Shown: positions 27,965 through 36,973, counted from the stretch's first letter. The stretch is DNA of 43,166 nt from an uncultured Pseudomonadota bacterium (GCA_903890265.1 CAITAM010000086.1:1-43166), one strand, 5' to 3'. Made by a program: numbers and translations. Notes: generated by a model from the sequence alone, not told the origin.

Positions 27965-28154
27965 CGTGTCCGTGCACTGGGTAAAAGGCCTGTCACGGCC
28001 CGCGTGGCGACTGGCATTTACGCTCAGGCAGTATGTGAAATCAACGACTTTTGTCGCGCAATTTCTTATTAATGCAAATTTGAGACGCCCGGCGTATTCC
28101 TCGGTCGGTCACGCCCTGATAGCAAGAACCGCCGCGATTACGCACACTCGACCC

Positions 28155-29096
28155 ATGATCTCCTCCAGCCCGGTCCGGCGCTTCTGGCTGGCGGCAGCAG
28201 CCCTCGCGGCTGTCTGCGCGTTTACGGGTCGCGAATGGCTGATCGCCTGGCGCACGGCCAGGGCCGACTTTGCGGGCCACACCGCCGATGCGACGGCGCC
28301 ACGCTGCGCCAGCGCCCGCTCACCCGACCCGATCACGTTCGGCGTGGCCGGTTCCGGTGCGCTGCACGGCTGGTACTCGGCCTCGCGGAACGGTGCCACC
28401 GTGATCGTGCTGCACGGCTCCGGGTCGACGGCGGCATCGATGGTCGCGGAAATGTGCCTGCTCGCCGGCGCCGGATTCGGCGTGCTGGCTTATGACAGTC
28501 CGGGCTTTGGCGAGAGCCCGGGTCACGTCCGCTGGGCCGACGACGAGGAAGCCGCGTTTCACCGTGCCGTGGCCTGGATCGAGGCCCGGGACCCGATGCG
28601 GCCCGAGGCGATCGGCGCCCTCGGATTCTCCATGGGAGCCTACGTGCTGACCTGCGCCGTCGGGCGCGAACCGCGCGTGGGTGCCGTGGTGCTGATTGCC
28701 TCCCCCGATGACCTGCAGCGCCAGATCCTTCACGAGTCGGGGTCATTCCCCGTGCTCAAATGGCCGGCGGCGTACCTGGCGTCGCGCTACCTGCGCGGGC
28801 TTCCCGCTGACAACCGCCAGCCGATAGACTGCATCTCTGACATCAGCCCGCGGCCCCTATTGATGATCCGAGGAGTAAACGACCGCGTCGTACCGGAGGC
28901 CGCCACGACCGCGCTGTACGCGCGCGCGCGGGCACCGAAGGATCTTTGGCTCGTGCCGTCGGCTGGGCACGGAGGCTATCTAGAGGCCGCGCCGCACGCG
29001 TACCCCGAGCACCTGATCGGCTTTTTCGATCGCGCGCTTCGCGCAGCACCCGGGCCACGGACGAGCGAACCGGCGCACGGCGGGCGCAGCCCGTGA
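28155..29096 (+). CDS. Membrane-anchored alpha/beta hydrolase (canonical Ser nucleophile)
   Basis: This is the in-frame tail of track ORF 26922..29096, starting at MISSSPVRRFWLAAAALAAVCAF (TM). Motifs are VIVLHGSG, GFSMGAY and SAGHGGY. Confidence 0.8.
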   Translation: MISSSPVRRFWLAAAALAAVCAFTGREWLIAWRTARADFAGHTADATAPRCASARSPDPITFGVAGSGALHGWYSASRNGATVIVLHGSGSTAASMVAEMCLLAGAGFGVLAYDSPGFGESPGHVRWADDEEAAFHRAVAWIEARDPMRPEAIGALGFSMGAYVLTCAVGREPRVGAVVLIASPDDLQRQILHESGSFPVLKWPAAYLASRYLRGLPADNRQPIDCISDISPRPLLMIRGVNDRVVPEAATTALYARARAPKDLWLVPSAGHGGYLEAAPHAYPEHLIGFFDRALRAAPGPRTSEPAHGGRSP

Positions 29097-30850
29097 CGCT
29101 GCCGGTCGACTTCCTCTACCTTGGCGGCTGCGCCGTCCGGCTGCACCGGGCGTCCGGTCCGCGAGCAATCGTCATCTGCCCGGCGCTCGGCGTGGAAGGG
29201 TTGGTGCTGCACCGGATCGTCCACGACCTCGCGCAGTCACTGCAGCGGGACGGCCACCCGGTACTGGCTATCGACTACCCCGGGACCGGGGATTCCAGGG
29301 ACACGGAGGCGTCCGCCGACCAGGTGCCGCTGTGGGTCGACGGTGTCGTCCGGGCCGTTCAGTTCCTCAGACACCAGCCCGGGGTGCGGGACGTGGTGCT
29401 GGTCGGATTCGACCTGGGCGCCTTGCTGGCGGTGTTGGCGGCCGCGCGGACGGCCGTCGCTGGCGTTGCCCTCGTCGGCCCGCCGGGCAGCGGCCGCGCC
29501 TTCGTCAGGGCGCTGGTGGCCCGTCAGGCGGTCAACGGGGCACCGGACGAGGCATCACGGGTCACCGGCACCCGCGGCGACCTGGAAATCAACGGCTTTG
29601 TTTACAGCGCCGCAACGCTGTCCTCGCTCGAGACCATCACCGTCAAGGACTTGCCGCGTGCACCGGCGCCGGACGTCCTCGTGCTGGGGCGTGGTGGCTG
29701 GGCCCCCGAGGAGCGCCTCTGCCGCGAGTTGCAGTCGCTCGGCGCCAACGCCCGGCTGGAGACGCTCGCGGGCTATGCCGACATGCGCTGGCACTCGACG
29801 TTTTCGGTGCTCGCCCCGGAGGCCTTCGTCGGGCTTCGCCGGTGGCTTGCGGCGCTGCCCCCCTCGGCGAACGAAGCGCCATCTGCCCATGACGAACCGG
29901 CCGATACCCTGGCGGGCCTCGGCTGGGAGGAGTCGCCGCGAACGTTCGGGCACGGTTGCCTGCTGCGCGGCGTTCTCTGCACGCCGGCGCAACGCACGCC
30001 GGACGTCTGCGTTCTGATCATCAATCACGGCGCCAATCGCCGTATCGGCTGGGGTGGAATGTACGTTCCGCTCGCACGGCAACTGGCGGTGCTCGGAATC
30101 GCGTCCTTCCGAGTGGACCTGGCCGGCCTCGGCGACAGCGACCGACGGCCCAACCAGGCCGATCGGGCGCTCTACGACACCGATTACTTTGAGGACGTCG
30201 AGACGGCGCTGCAATACCTGCACGAGCAGGGCTTCGGCCGACTCGCACTGCTGGGTCACTGCAGCGGCGCGTACCATGCCTTTCACGCCGCCTCACGGAA
30301 TCCGCGCGTCATCGCACTCGCGCTCGTCAATCTCGCGCTCTTTCACTGGATTCCGGGCACCTCGCTCGACGAATCCGAGCGAAAGAGCGCAAAGCGCCTC
30401 GGATGGTATGTCGCCGAGGCGGTCAATCCCGCCACGTGGCGGCGGCTGGTCAGCGGCCGGATCAACGTCGGCCACATCGCGAGCGCCTTTGCGCGCCGCG
30501 CGGGCCGGCTGATCCGCGTCCGTGCCAGTGCCGCGCTGCCCGCGTCCACCGGGACCGCGATCAGTGTCGTGGACACGTTCCGCGGGTTCTCGGCGCGCGG
30601 CACACGGGTACTCGTGGTCTACAGTGACAACGATGGCGGCCTTGACGAGTTCTCTCTGCACTGCGGCCGCGGCGGCCGCCGGGTGCTGCGGCTGCCCGGG
30701 GTGTCGCTCGCGTTGCTGCCGGGCGCCGATCACAACGTTTCCGCGCAGAGCGCGCGGGCGCTGTATTTCATCTACCTGCAGCAGTTCCTTGCCGAGGCGG
30801 CCGGCCTGCCGCTCAGCGTGCGACCGGCCAGCCCGTCGCAGTCCGTCTAG
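29093..30850 (+). CDS. Two-domain alpha/beta-hydrolase fusion (resembles the exosortase-A-associated hydrolase 2 + hydrolase 1 pair)
   Basis: A GTG start overlaps the upstream stop (GTGA, coordinates per the ORF track). The N-terminal half reads VICPALG...DYPGTGDS...LVGFDLGALLA. The C-terminal half reads LIINHGAN...DLAGLGDS...LLGHCSGAYHA...VYSDNDGG...PGADHN. Confidence 0.7.
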   Translation: MTLPVDFLYLGGCAVRLHRASGPRAIVICPALGVEGLVLHRIVHDLAQSLQRDGHPVLAIDYPGTGDSRDTEASADQVPLWVDGVVRAVQFLRHQPGVRDVVLVGFDLGALLAVLAAARTAVAGVALVGPPGSGRAFVRALVARQAVNGAPDEASRVTGTRGDLEINGFVYSAATLSSLETITVKDLPRAPAPDVLVLGRGGWAPEERLCRELQSLGANARLETLAGYADMRWHSTFSVLAPEAFVGLRRWLAALPPSANEAPSAHDEPADTLAGLGWEESPRTFGHGCLLRGVLCTPAQRTPDVCVLIINHGANRRIGWGGMYVPLARQLAVLGIASFRVDLAGLGDSDRRPNQADRALYDTDYFEDVETALQYLHEQGFGRLALLGHCSGAYHAFHAASRNPRVIALALVNLALFHWIPGTSLDESERKSAKRLGWYVAEAVNPATWRRLVSGRINVGHIASAFARRAGRLIRVRASAALPASTGTAISVVDTFRGFSARGTRVLVVYSDNDGGLDEFSLHCGRGGRRVLRLPGVSLALLPGADHNVSAQSARALYFIYLQQFLAEAAGLPLSVRPASPSQSV

Positions 30851-32082
30851 CGGGCACCCGAAGGCCCCGGAAACCCACGGGCCTCGACCACCGCACGCTG
30901 CACCAGGAGGTCGATGTCGCACGAGTGCCGGTGCCTCGCCCACACCGCCTCGGCGCGCTGTCGCCACCCCGCGGCGCTGCGCTCGCTGACCCAGCGTCCG
31001 AGCGTCTCTCGCAGCGTGCCGATTTCAAACGGCAGGTAGTCCTCGTCCGGCACCAGCCCCGATCCCCGGACACCGAACGGCGTGGACAGGACCGGCAGGC
31101 GCGCCGCGAGGTACTCGAAGAGCTTCACGTTCGCCCCGGCGCCGCGGGTGATGGGGTTGAGACCGGCATCCGCAGCACAGAAAAACGGCAGGATATCGGG
31201 CACGCGCCCCGTGGCGATCATCGTCTGCGTCCGAAAGGGCGCCGGACAGACGCCGCCCAGCACCAGAAACTGCAAGTTGTGCGCGGTCAGGAACTCCGCT
31301 TCCCGTTCGCTGAATGCCCGCAGCTCGTCCAGCGCCTCGTTGTTCGGACCGTAGCGACTGCCGGCGAACAGCAGCAGCCGGGCATCCGGCTTCACCTCAA
31401 GCTCGCGGCGCGTCGACTCGCGCAGCGCGACCGGCGCCTCGTAACGACGCGGATCCACCCCGCAGCGCACGATCGGCATGCGGCGCAACCCGCTCGGGTC
31501 GTGCGAACGGAAAAACTCATGATCTTCCTCGGCGCACGCGAATACGTCGGTGAATTCCGTGGCAACCGAGACCTCGTGGCGGCGCATCGCGGGCGCATAC
31601 GCCCGCATGGCGGGCGAGCCCTGCTCCAGCAGGCGGTGCTCGAGCTGGTGACTGAGCAGGAACCAGGGCTTCTCCGTCCACGGCCCGGGCACCCGCGGGA
31701 CGTAGGCGTGATCGGCAACGACCGCGTCCGCCCATGCCAGATGGTTCCTCAGCCGTGCGGTAATGCGGCCGGATCCCAGCATGGCGGGGATCCACTGGCG
31801 CGGCCGGTCGCGGTAGCGGGAAATGGCGTGGACGATGGCCGGGTATGGGCCGAGGTACGTCTCCTCACGGACACTGGGCTCGACCTGATCGATACGGTGG
31901 TCCCGGTACCCGGGCCGGTAGGCGGAATAATCCGAGCGACGCCCGGTCAGGCTGTAGATCAGAACCTCGTAGCCCATCCGGCCGAGCGCCGCGGCAAAGC
32001 CCGCCGTGCGCAGCTGCCCGCCGCTTATGACCGGGAAAATCCGCAGTCCCGACAGAACAAGTATGCGCGTCGGGCGGCTCAC
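30847..32082 (-). CDS. Glycosyltransferase, GT-B fold (GT4/group 1)
   Basis: It reads RILVLSGLRIFPVISGGQLRT...LLFAGSRYGPN...GANVKLFEYLAARLPVLST. The GTG at 32082 overlaps the GT2 stop (GTGA). ATG 32109 is an alternative. The Arg-rich 170 aa upstream in the track ORF are unlikely to be real. Confidence 0.8.
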   Translation of the reverse strand: MSRPTRILVLSGLRIFPVISGGQLRTAGFAAALGRMGYEVLIYSLTGRRSDYSAYRPGYRDHRIDQVEPSVREETYLGPYPAIVHAISRYRDRPRQWIPAMLGSGRITARLRNHLAWADAVVADHAYVPRVPGPWTEKPWFLLSHQLEHRLLEQGSPAMRAYAPAMRRHEVSVATEFTDVFACAEEDHEFFRSHDPSGLRRMPIVRCGVDPRRYEAPVALRESTRRELEVKPDARLLLFAGSRYGPNNEALDELRAFSEREAEFLTAHNLQFLVLGGVCPAPFRTQTMIATGRVPDILPFFCAADAGLNPITRGAGANVKLFEYLAARLPVLSTPFGVRGSGLVPDEDYLPFEIGTLRETLGRWVSERSAAGWRQRAEAVWARHRHSCDIDLLVQRAVVEARGFPGPSGAR

Positions 32083-33269
32083 GGTCGGCGCCTCTCGGTG
32101 CGTACCCATTGGGTATGGCTGCGGTTCGTAAGCCGGGTCCAGACCTTCCAGACGACAAACCACGGTACGCGCATGAAATCGAGCACGCCACGCAGACCGA
32201 TACCGCTCAACTGCCAGCCGCGACCGACATAGGCCAGAAGTGCCGCGACGCCGAGCGCATCCGCCACCGCGAGCCATCGGGCACCAGCGCTGCCGAGGAC
32301 GATCAGGCACCCGGTCGCGGTCGCCACCGCCGCGAGCGCAATGACCAGGGTCGACAGCGGCGGGAGGACGAGATCGGCCAGCAGATCGGCGCAGACCGGA
32401 TCGCGCCGCGACACCGTTGCCGTCAGCAGCGTCCTCGCATGCGAGCGCACCAACGCCGCCCGACCGGCCTCCCAGCGCTGGCGTTGCTTCGCGGCGGCGC
32501 CCGACGACGACACCATGTCGCCGAGCACGAACGCCTCGTCGGCGTAGTACACGCGGGCTCCTGCACGAAGCGCAATGTCCATCCCGAACTCGATGTCTTC
32601 CGCCAGCGAATAAGCGCAATAGGGAACTTGTCTCAACAACTCAACCGTCACGCACCAGCCGTTACCGCGAATTCCGCAGGAGAGTGAAAACCGCTCCCGG
32701 GCACGCGAGCGAACGATGTGAAAGCAGGAGAGAGCGACGCTCATCAGCCGTGTCCGCCAGGAATCCATGGGATTCAGCGCGCCGTAGTGGCACTGCACCG
32801 CCTGAGCGCCGGCATCCAGCCGCGACGCCATGGCCTGCAGCAGGTTTTCGGAGACGACACTGTCCGCGTCCACCACGACAATGGCCTGAGAAAACGGGTC
32901 CGCGAGGACCTGCTCGAAGGCGAATTCCAGCGCGTAACCCTTGCCGCGCCGGTCAGCGCTCGTCCGGACGAGCACCTCGGCACCGGCCGCCTGCGCGATC
33001 TCGGCGGTCCGATCGGTGCAGTTGTCGGCGATGACGAGAATGCGCCGGCGCTCCTGCGGCCAGACGACGGCCTTGAGGCTCTGTACCGTTCGCTCGATGC
33101 CGAGCTCCTCGTTGTGTGCCGGCACCACGACGACGAAGTGCCACTCCGCACGGTCGTCGGAATAGCCCGGAAGCCGCCCGGAAAACAGCGTCATTGCCAG
33201 CAGGTAGAGACAGCCGAGCGCGACCGGGACAGTCGCAATCGCGACGACGATCAGCAGCAATGTCGTCAT
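32079..33269 (-). CDS. Membrane glycosyltransferase family 2
   Basis: It has an N-terminal TM, then VVVPAHNEE...VIADNCTDRT...RRGKGYAL...VVVDADS and C-terminal TM segments. Confidence 0.85.
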   Translation of the reverse strand: MTTLLLIVVAIATVPVALGCLYLLAMTLFSGRLPGYSDDRAEWHFVVVVPAHNEELGIERTVQSLKAVVWPQERRRILVIADNCTDRTAEIAQAAGAEVLVRTSADRRGKGYALEFAFEQVLADPFSQAIVVVDADSVVSENLLQAMASRLDAGAQAVQCHYGALNPMDSWRTRLMSVALSCFHIVRSRARERFSLSCGIRGNGWCVTVELLRQVPYCAYSLAEDIEFGMDIALRAGARVYYADEAFVLGDMVSSSGAAAKQRQRWEAGRAALVRSHARTLLTATVSRRDPVCADLLADLVLPPLSTLVIALAAVATATGCLIVLGSAGARWLAVADALGVAALLAYVGRGWQLSGIGLRGVLDFMRVPWFVVWKVWTRLTNRSHTQWVRTERRRP

Positions 33270-33372
33270 GGCAGCGCCCCCGGTAACTCAAAGACGCCCC
33301 AGGCCCCGGCACCCGGCCCGCGGATGCCCTGGACCCCTGAGAACCTGCGACCGGTCACGACGGACAACCGAC

Positions 33373-34323
33373 TCAGAAGCTGTTCAGCACCGAGCCAACA
33401 ACGTGAGTCCCGGTGGTTGCGAGCCGTCGCAGGGCATTCTTCAGGTCCGCCCGACGGGTGTGCCCCGTGCGACTCAGCATCAACGCACGACCCGCGACCT
33501 TCGCGAGCAGCAGCCCGTCGGCAAACTGCCCCAACGGCGGCGTGTCCAGAATGACAAACTCGTACTCCGCCCGCCACCGAGCGACCATGCGGTGGAACGC
33601 GGGGTCGGACAGCATTTCGAGGGGACTCGGCATCGGCGCACCGGCGAAGACGACGGAGAGTTCGGCGATATCCTCGACGTCGTAGGCCTGCAATGGCGCG
33701 CTGAAGGCGATGGCCTGCGACAGGCCCCATTCTTCCGATGAAGACAGGAAAAGCTTGTGCTGCGCCGAGGCGCGGAAATCCGTGTCGATGAGGAGCGTCC
33801 GGCGCCCCAGCTGCGCGTAGCAGATCGCAAGCTCAGCGGCGAGCAGGGAGCGCCCCTCGCGGGTTCCGGGGCTCAGCACCGCGAGCATGCCGTTGTGTTC
33901 GTGGTTCTGCGCCTTGAGCACGAGCTCGGTTCGAAGCGCGCGCACCGCATCGCCGCGTACGCTCCGCGGATTCAGCACCTCGGCAAGCTGCGGTCCCGGC
34001 ACGACGACATTACCGACCCGAAGCGCGCGACTGCGCTCGGGCTCCGGCTCCGGCTGGCTCGCCACCATCCGGACGAGGCTTTTTGCGTCGCCCGAATGCG
34101 GCTCCTTGCCGCCTTGTCCGAGCATGGCGATGATGCCGTCGAGCTGGATCTGGGTAAGGAACCCGAGCCGCAGGGCCGCGGTCGCAAAACCGATCTTCTC
34201 GCCCTGGGCCATCCGCCGGATGGTGTGAATGGCTTCGTCCGAGAGACCAAGCTGGCCGACGATGGCGTCACCGAGCTCGTGCTCCCATTCATTGAGCGTG
34301 TCGCCGGTCACCTTGACCTTCAT
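33373..34323 (-). CDS. EpsG-like chain-length-determinant P-loop protein (BY-kinase/MinD fold) with an atypical Walker A
   Basis: It reads VLSPGTREGRSLLAAELA (Walker A with Arg), LLIDTDFR (A') and FVILDTPP (B). There is no C-terminal Tyr cluster. The ATG overlaps the upstream stop (ATGA). Confidence 0.8.
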   Translation of the reverse strand: MKVKVTGDTLNEWEHELGDAIVGQLGLSDEAIHTIRRMAQGEKIGFATAALRLGFLTQIQLDGIIAMLGQGGKEPHSGDAKSLVRMVASQPEPEPERSRALRVGNVVVPGPQLAEVLNPRSVRGDAVRALRTELVLKAQNHEHNGMLAVLSPGTREGRSLLAAELAICYAQLGRRTLLIDTDFRASAQHKLFLSSSEEWGLSQAIAFSAPLQAYDVEDIAELSVVFAGAPMPSPLEMLSDPAFHRMVARWRAEYEFVILDTPPLGQFADGLLLAKVAGRALMLSRTGHTRRADLKNALRRLATTGTHVVGSVLNSF

Positions 34324-35771
34324 GGACTACTCCGGGACGGCCGGATCGGGCCGAACTCCGCCAGCACAGGGAGGCCGAAATCCCGCTCGTGATCGTCGCG
34401 ATGGCGGATCCTGCGGTTCCAGAACAATTCGTACGCCAATGGCCCCGCGAGACCCATGAGCAGTCCGCCGACCAGGCCCATGAGAAGAAGCTTAACTTTA
34501 CTCGGCTTGGACGGCTTGAAGGGCGGCGTCGCACGATCGATCAGCGTCACGTTGGCGCCCCGACTGTTGGATGCGAACATGATCTGGTCGTAGCCATCCA
34601 GGGCCCGCTTGTAGACCGACTGGGCCGACTCGAGCTCGACCAGCAGCTTCGCTCCCTCGTCCTGCAACTCACGTGTCGCCAGCACCTTCTGGCGCTGGGC
34701 GCCGATCGCTCCCGAGTACTTGCCTTCGAGCTGACGCGCGCTGCGCACTTTCTGCGAGTTGTTTTCCGCCAGGATTCGCAGTTCCGCCGACAGCTGCGCC
34801 CGAACCGCTTCGATCTGCGCGTCCGCTTCGAGGATCTTCGGATGGTTTGGGCCAAAGGTGTTGAGCAGCTTGGCCTTTTCCGCCTCCTTGAGTTCGAGCT
34901 GTGACTTCAGGGTGTTGATCGCGTTGGAGGTCAGCGCCTCGTCCGTTGCCGCCACGTTCGAGGTCGCACGCGATTCGGCGGTCCGCCTCTCATTTTGCGC
35001 TTCCTGCAGCCGGGTCTCGAGGTCCGACAGACCCTGCACATCGATGTCAGATTTCGATTGGGCAGACACGACTTCGGTGAGACCGTTCTTGGCACGGAAA
35101 TCCGTTACCTTGGCCTGGGCTGCGGCGACCTTTGCGCGCAGCTCACCCAACTGCTCCGTGTAACGCTTCGCCCGCTCGGTGGCCGGCCCGCTGGTGCGCT
35201 CACGGTAGAGATCGAGATAGGTATCGGCGACCTCATTGGCGATCGCGGCCGCCGCGTCGGCGGTACGGCCCGTCGCGTTCACGTAGAGCAGTTGGCCGCC
35301 GCGGCCCTCGTAGACCGCGAGCTTGGTCGCGAGCACACGCACCGCCGCGTCACGCAGCACGTTCTGGTCACCGCGTACCCCGCCGGTGAATGACTTGTCG
35401 GCCGTCAGGTTCAGTTTGTCGACCACCTGGTTGAGTACCACCGGGCTCGTGATGAGTTCGGTCTGGGTTGCAATGAAGCTCTGCAGCAGCCCAAGTGGCA
35501 TTTGCTCGCCGGCCAGCGGGTCACGATTCTGGTAGTCAAAAATGAGCGTGGCGCTCGCCGTGTACGCTTTCGGGATGACCTGGATCAGAAGTACCGTGCC
35601 CAAAAGCGTGACGGCAGCAATGGACAGCGAGAGACGCCAGTAGGCGCGCGCAATGCTCAGAAACTGCCCTGCGGAAAAGCCAACCCCGGCATAGCCCTCG
35701 TGTATGGTCGGATAGACCGCATCGAGATCGCTGGAAACGACGAGTCCGGATGAGCGATTAGGACCGTTCAA
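34320..35771 (-). CDS. Wzz/EpsF-like polysaccharide chain-length determinant (PCP family)
   Basis: It has an N-terminal TM followed by YTASATLIFD, a long coiled-coil and a C-terminal TM (LLLMGLVGGLLMGLAG). The apparent TTG start overlaps the Wza-like stop (TTGA). Confidence 0.85.
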   Translation of the reverse strand: MNGPNRSSGLVVSSDLDAVYPTIHEGYAGVGFSAGQFLSIARAYWRLSLSIAAVTLLGTVLLIQVIPKAYTASATLIFDYQNRDPLAGEQMPLGLLQSFIATQTELITSPVVLNQVVDKLNLTADKSFTGGVRGDQNVLRDAAVRVLATKLAVYEGRGGQLLYVNATGRTADAAAAIANEVADTYLDLYRERTSGPATERAKRYTEQLGELRAKVAAAQAKVTDFRAKNGLTEVVSAQSKSDIDVQGLSDLETRLQEAQNERRTAESRATSNVAATDEALTSNAINTLKSQLELKEAEKAKLLNTFGPNHPKILEADAQIEAVRAQLSAELRILAENNSQKVRSARQLEGKYSGAIGAQRQKVLATRELQDEGAKLLVELESAQSVYKRALDGYDQIMFASNSRGANVTLIDRATPPFKPSKPSKVKLLLMGLVGGLLMGLAGPLAYELFWNRRIRHRDDHERDFGLPVLAEFGPIRPSRSSP

Positions 35772-36670
35772 AACAGACTCTCCCTGACCTTCAGCACGTC
35801 GCCCGCCTGGAGCAGGTCGGTGAGTTTCACCGAAACCATATGGGTCTTGCCCGATGCATCCTTGCGCTCGATCTCCAGCCGGCTGTCGCTGCCGCGCGGC
35901 GTGATACCCCCGGCTCGGGCGATGCCCTGGCGCACGGTCATGCCCGGCTCAAGCCGGTACGCATTCGGTGTGACAACCGCGCCGTAGACGTAGAACGTCT
36001 CCGCTTTCGGAACAAAGACTGACTCGCCGCTCTGGATCAGGTAGTCGGCGCCGACCGACAGGGACTGGGTGACGCTCTGCAGGTTAATCGTGCGCCGACT
36101 GACCGTACCGTCCGGCTGGGGATGCAGAACGTAAATCACATCGCCCGCACTTTCGTTGGTGCCACCGGCCTGCGCAAGGAGGTCAAGGATGGTCGTTCCG
36201 CCATCCACGACGTAGCGACCCGGCGTGTGAACTTCACCGAGCACCGTGACGCGCTGACTCCGGGACTGCGTCAGCGCCACGGTGACGTGCGGATTCTTGA
36301 GGAATCCGCCACTGACCAGCGCCGCTTCGATGCGCTTCGCTGCATCAATTGCGCTTCGACCGGCGACGTCGACCGGACCCACGAGTGGCACGTTCAGCGT
36401 CCCGTCGGCCGCGACAAAGAGCGTGCCGTCCATGTCCGGTTGGCCGAAGACCTTCAGGCTGACGCTGTCGCCGGGCCCGAGCGGTACCAGCGGCGGGCCC
36501 TCGCTGGCGGACGGCTCCGCCGCGTACGCCTGCGGGCCCAGCGCCAGGCCTGCGCAGCAGAGCAGCATGGCGAGCCAGCCAAGGCTCACCCTCCACGCCG
36601 GCGCGAAACGCAGCGAAACGTTGGCATATGTCATTTTTCGACTATGGCCGATCGGGTTTGTGTCCGACAT
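35768..36670 (-). CDS. Polysaccharide export protein (Wza/EpsE-like: Poly_export + SLBB)
   Basis: It reads LGPGDSVSLKVFGQPDMDG...DGTLNVPLVGPVDVAG...VTVLGEVHTPGRY...FYVYGAV. An alternative start is MTYANV at 36634. Confidence 0.85.
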   Translation of the reverse strand: MSDTNPIGHSRKMTYANVSLRFAPAWRVSLGWLAMLLCCAGLALGPQAYAAEPSASEGPPLVPLGPGDSVSLKVFGQPDMDGTLFVAADGTLNVPLVGPVDVAGRSAIDAAKRIEAALVSGGFLKNPHVTVALTQSRSQRVTVLGEVHTPGRYVVDGGTTILDLLAQAGGTNESAGDVIYVLHPQPDGTVSRRTINLQSVTQSLSVGADYLIQSGESVFVPKAETFYVYGAVVTPNAYRLEPGMTVRQGIARAGGITPRGSDSRLEIERKDASGKTHMVSVKLTDLLQAGDVLKVRESLF

Positions 36671-36690
36671 TGCGCAGTTCTCACTTCGCT

Positions 36691-36706
36691 TTCAAAAACC
36701 GTGCCG
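36691..36706 (-). promoter_or_regulatory. Sigma-54-like element CGGCAC-GGTTT-TTGAA upstream of the export operon (GG present, -12 reads GA not GC)
   Basis: This is the reverse complement of ttcaaaaaccgtgccg. The GG-to-(G) spacing equals the consensus 12 nt. It lies 21-36 nt upstream of ATG 36670. Confidence 0.2.
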
Positions 36707-36973
36707 CGTTCACGCCTGCGGTGGCCTCGCGCCATGACCGTTTGCGCGGCCGGTCCGCGGCGACCCCGGGGCTCATCCTTCGCTGTGAATGACGCCGGTT
36801 TGACGCGCCAACCGCAGCCCACCGCGCTTCTGTGAATTAGGGCACGACGGCCCTCTGTCGGTATTTTACACTCCGGAAGGGCAGAAGAGCGTCAGGTATG
36901 CCCGACGCGCGGGGCGGTTGCCACCGGAGTCGGGATCGCGCTCGGTCGCTCGCACGGGTCCGCGCGTCTCGCT

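Noticed and set aside
29040-29160. When translating by eye I hit an apparent one-base frame slip near 29040 and a compensating one near 29160, which would imply a frameshifted hydrolase gene.
   Set aside because: Three independent ORFs in the supplied track read straight through this segment, so I attribute the slip to my own base counting. Coordinates here follow the ORF track.
32083-32619. The track ORFs include long N-terminal extensions of real genes: 30847..32619 (170 extra aa), 14942..15136, 7662..7844, 19174..19266 and 20307..20549.
   Set aside because: The extensions are Arg/Gly-rich, overlap neighbouring genes and precede much better start contexts (signal peptides, RBS, 4-nt start/stop overlaps).
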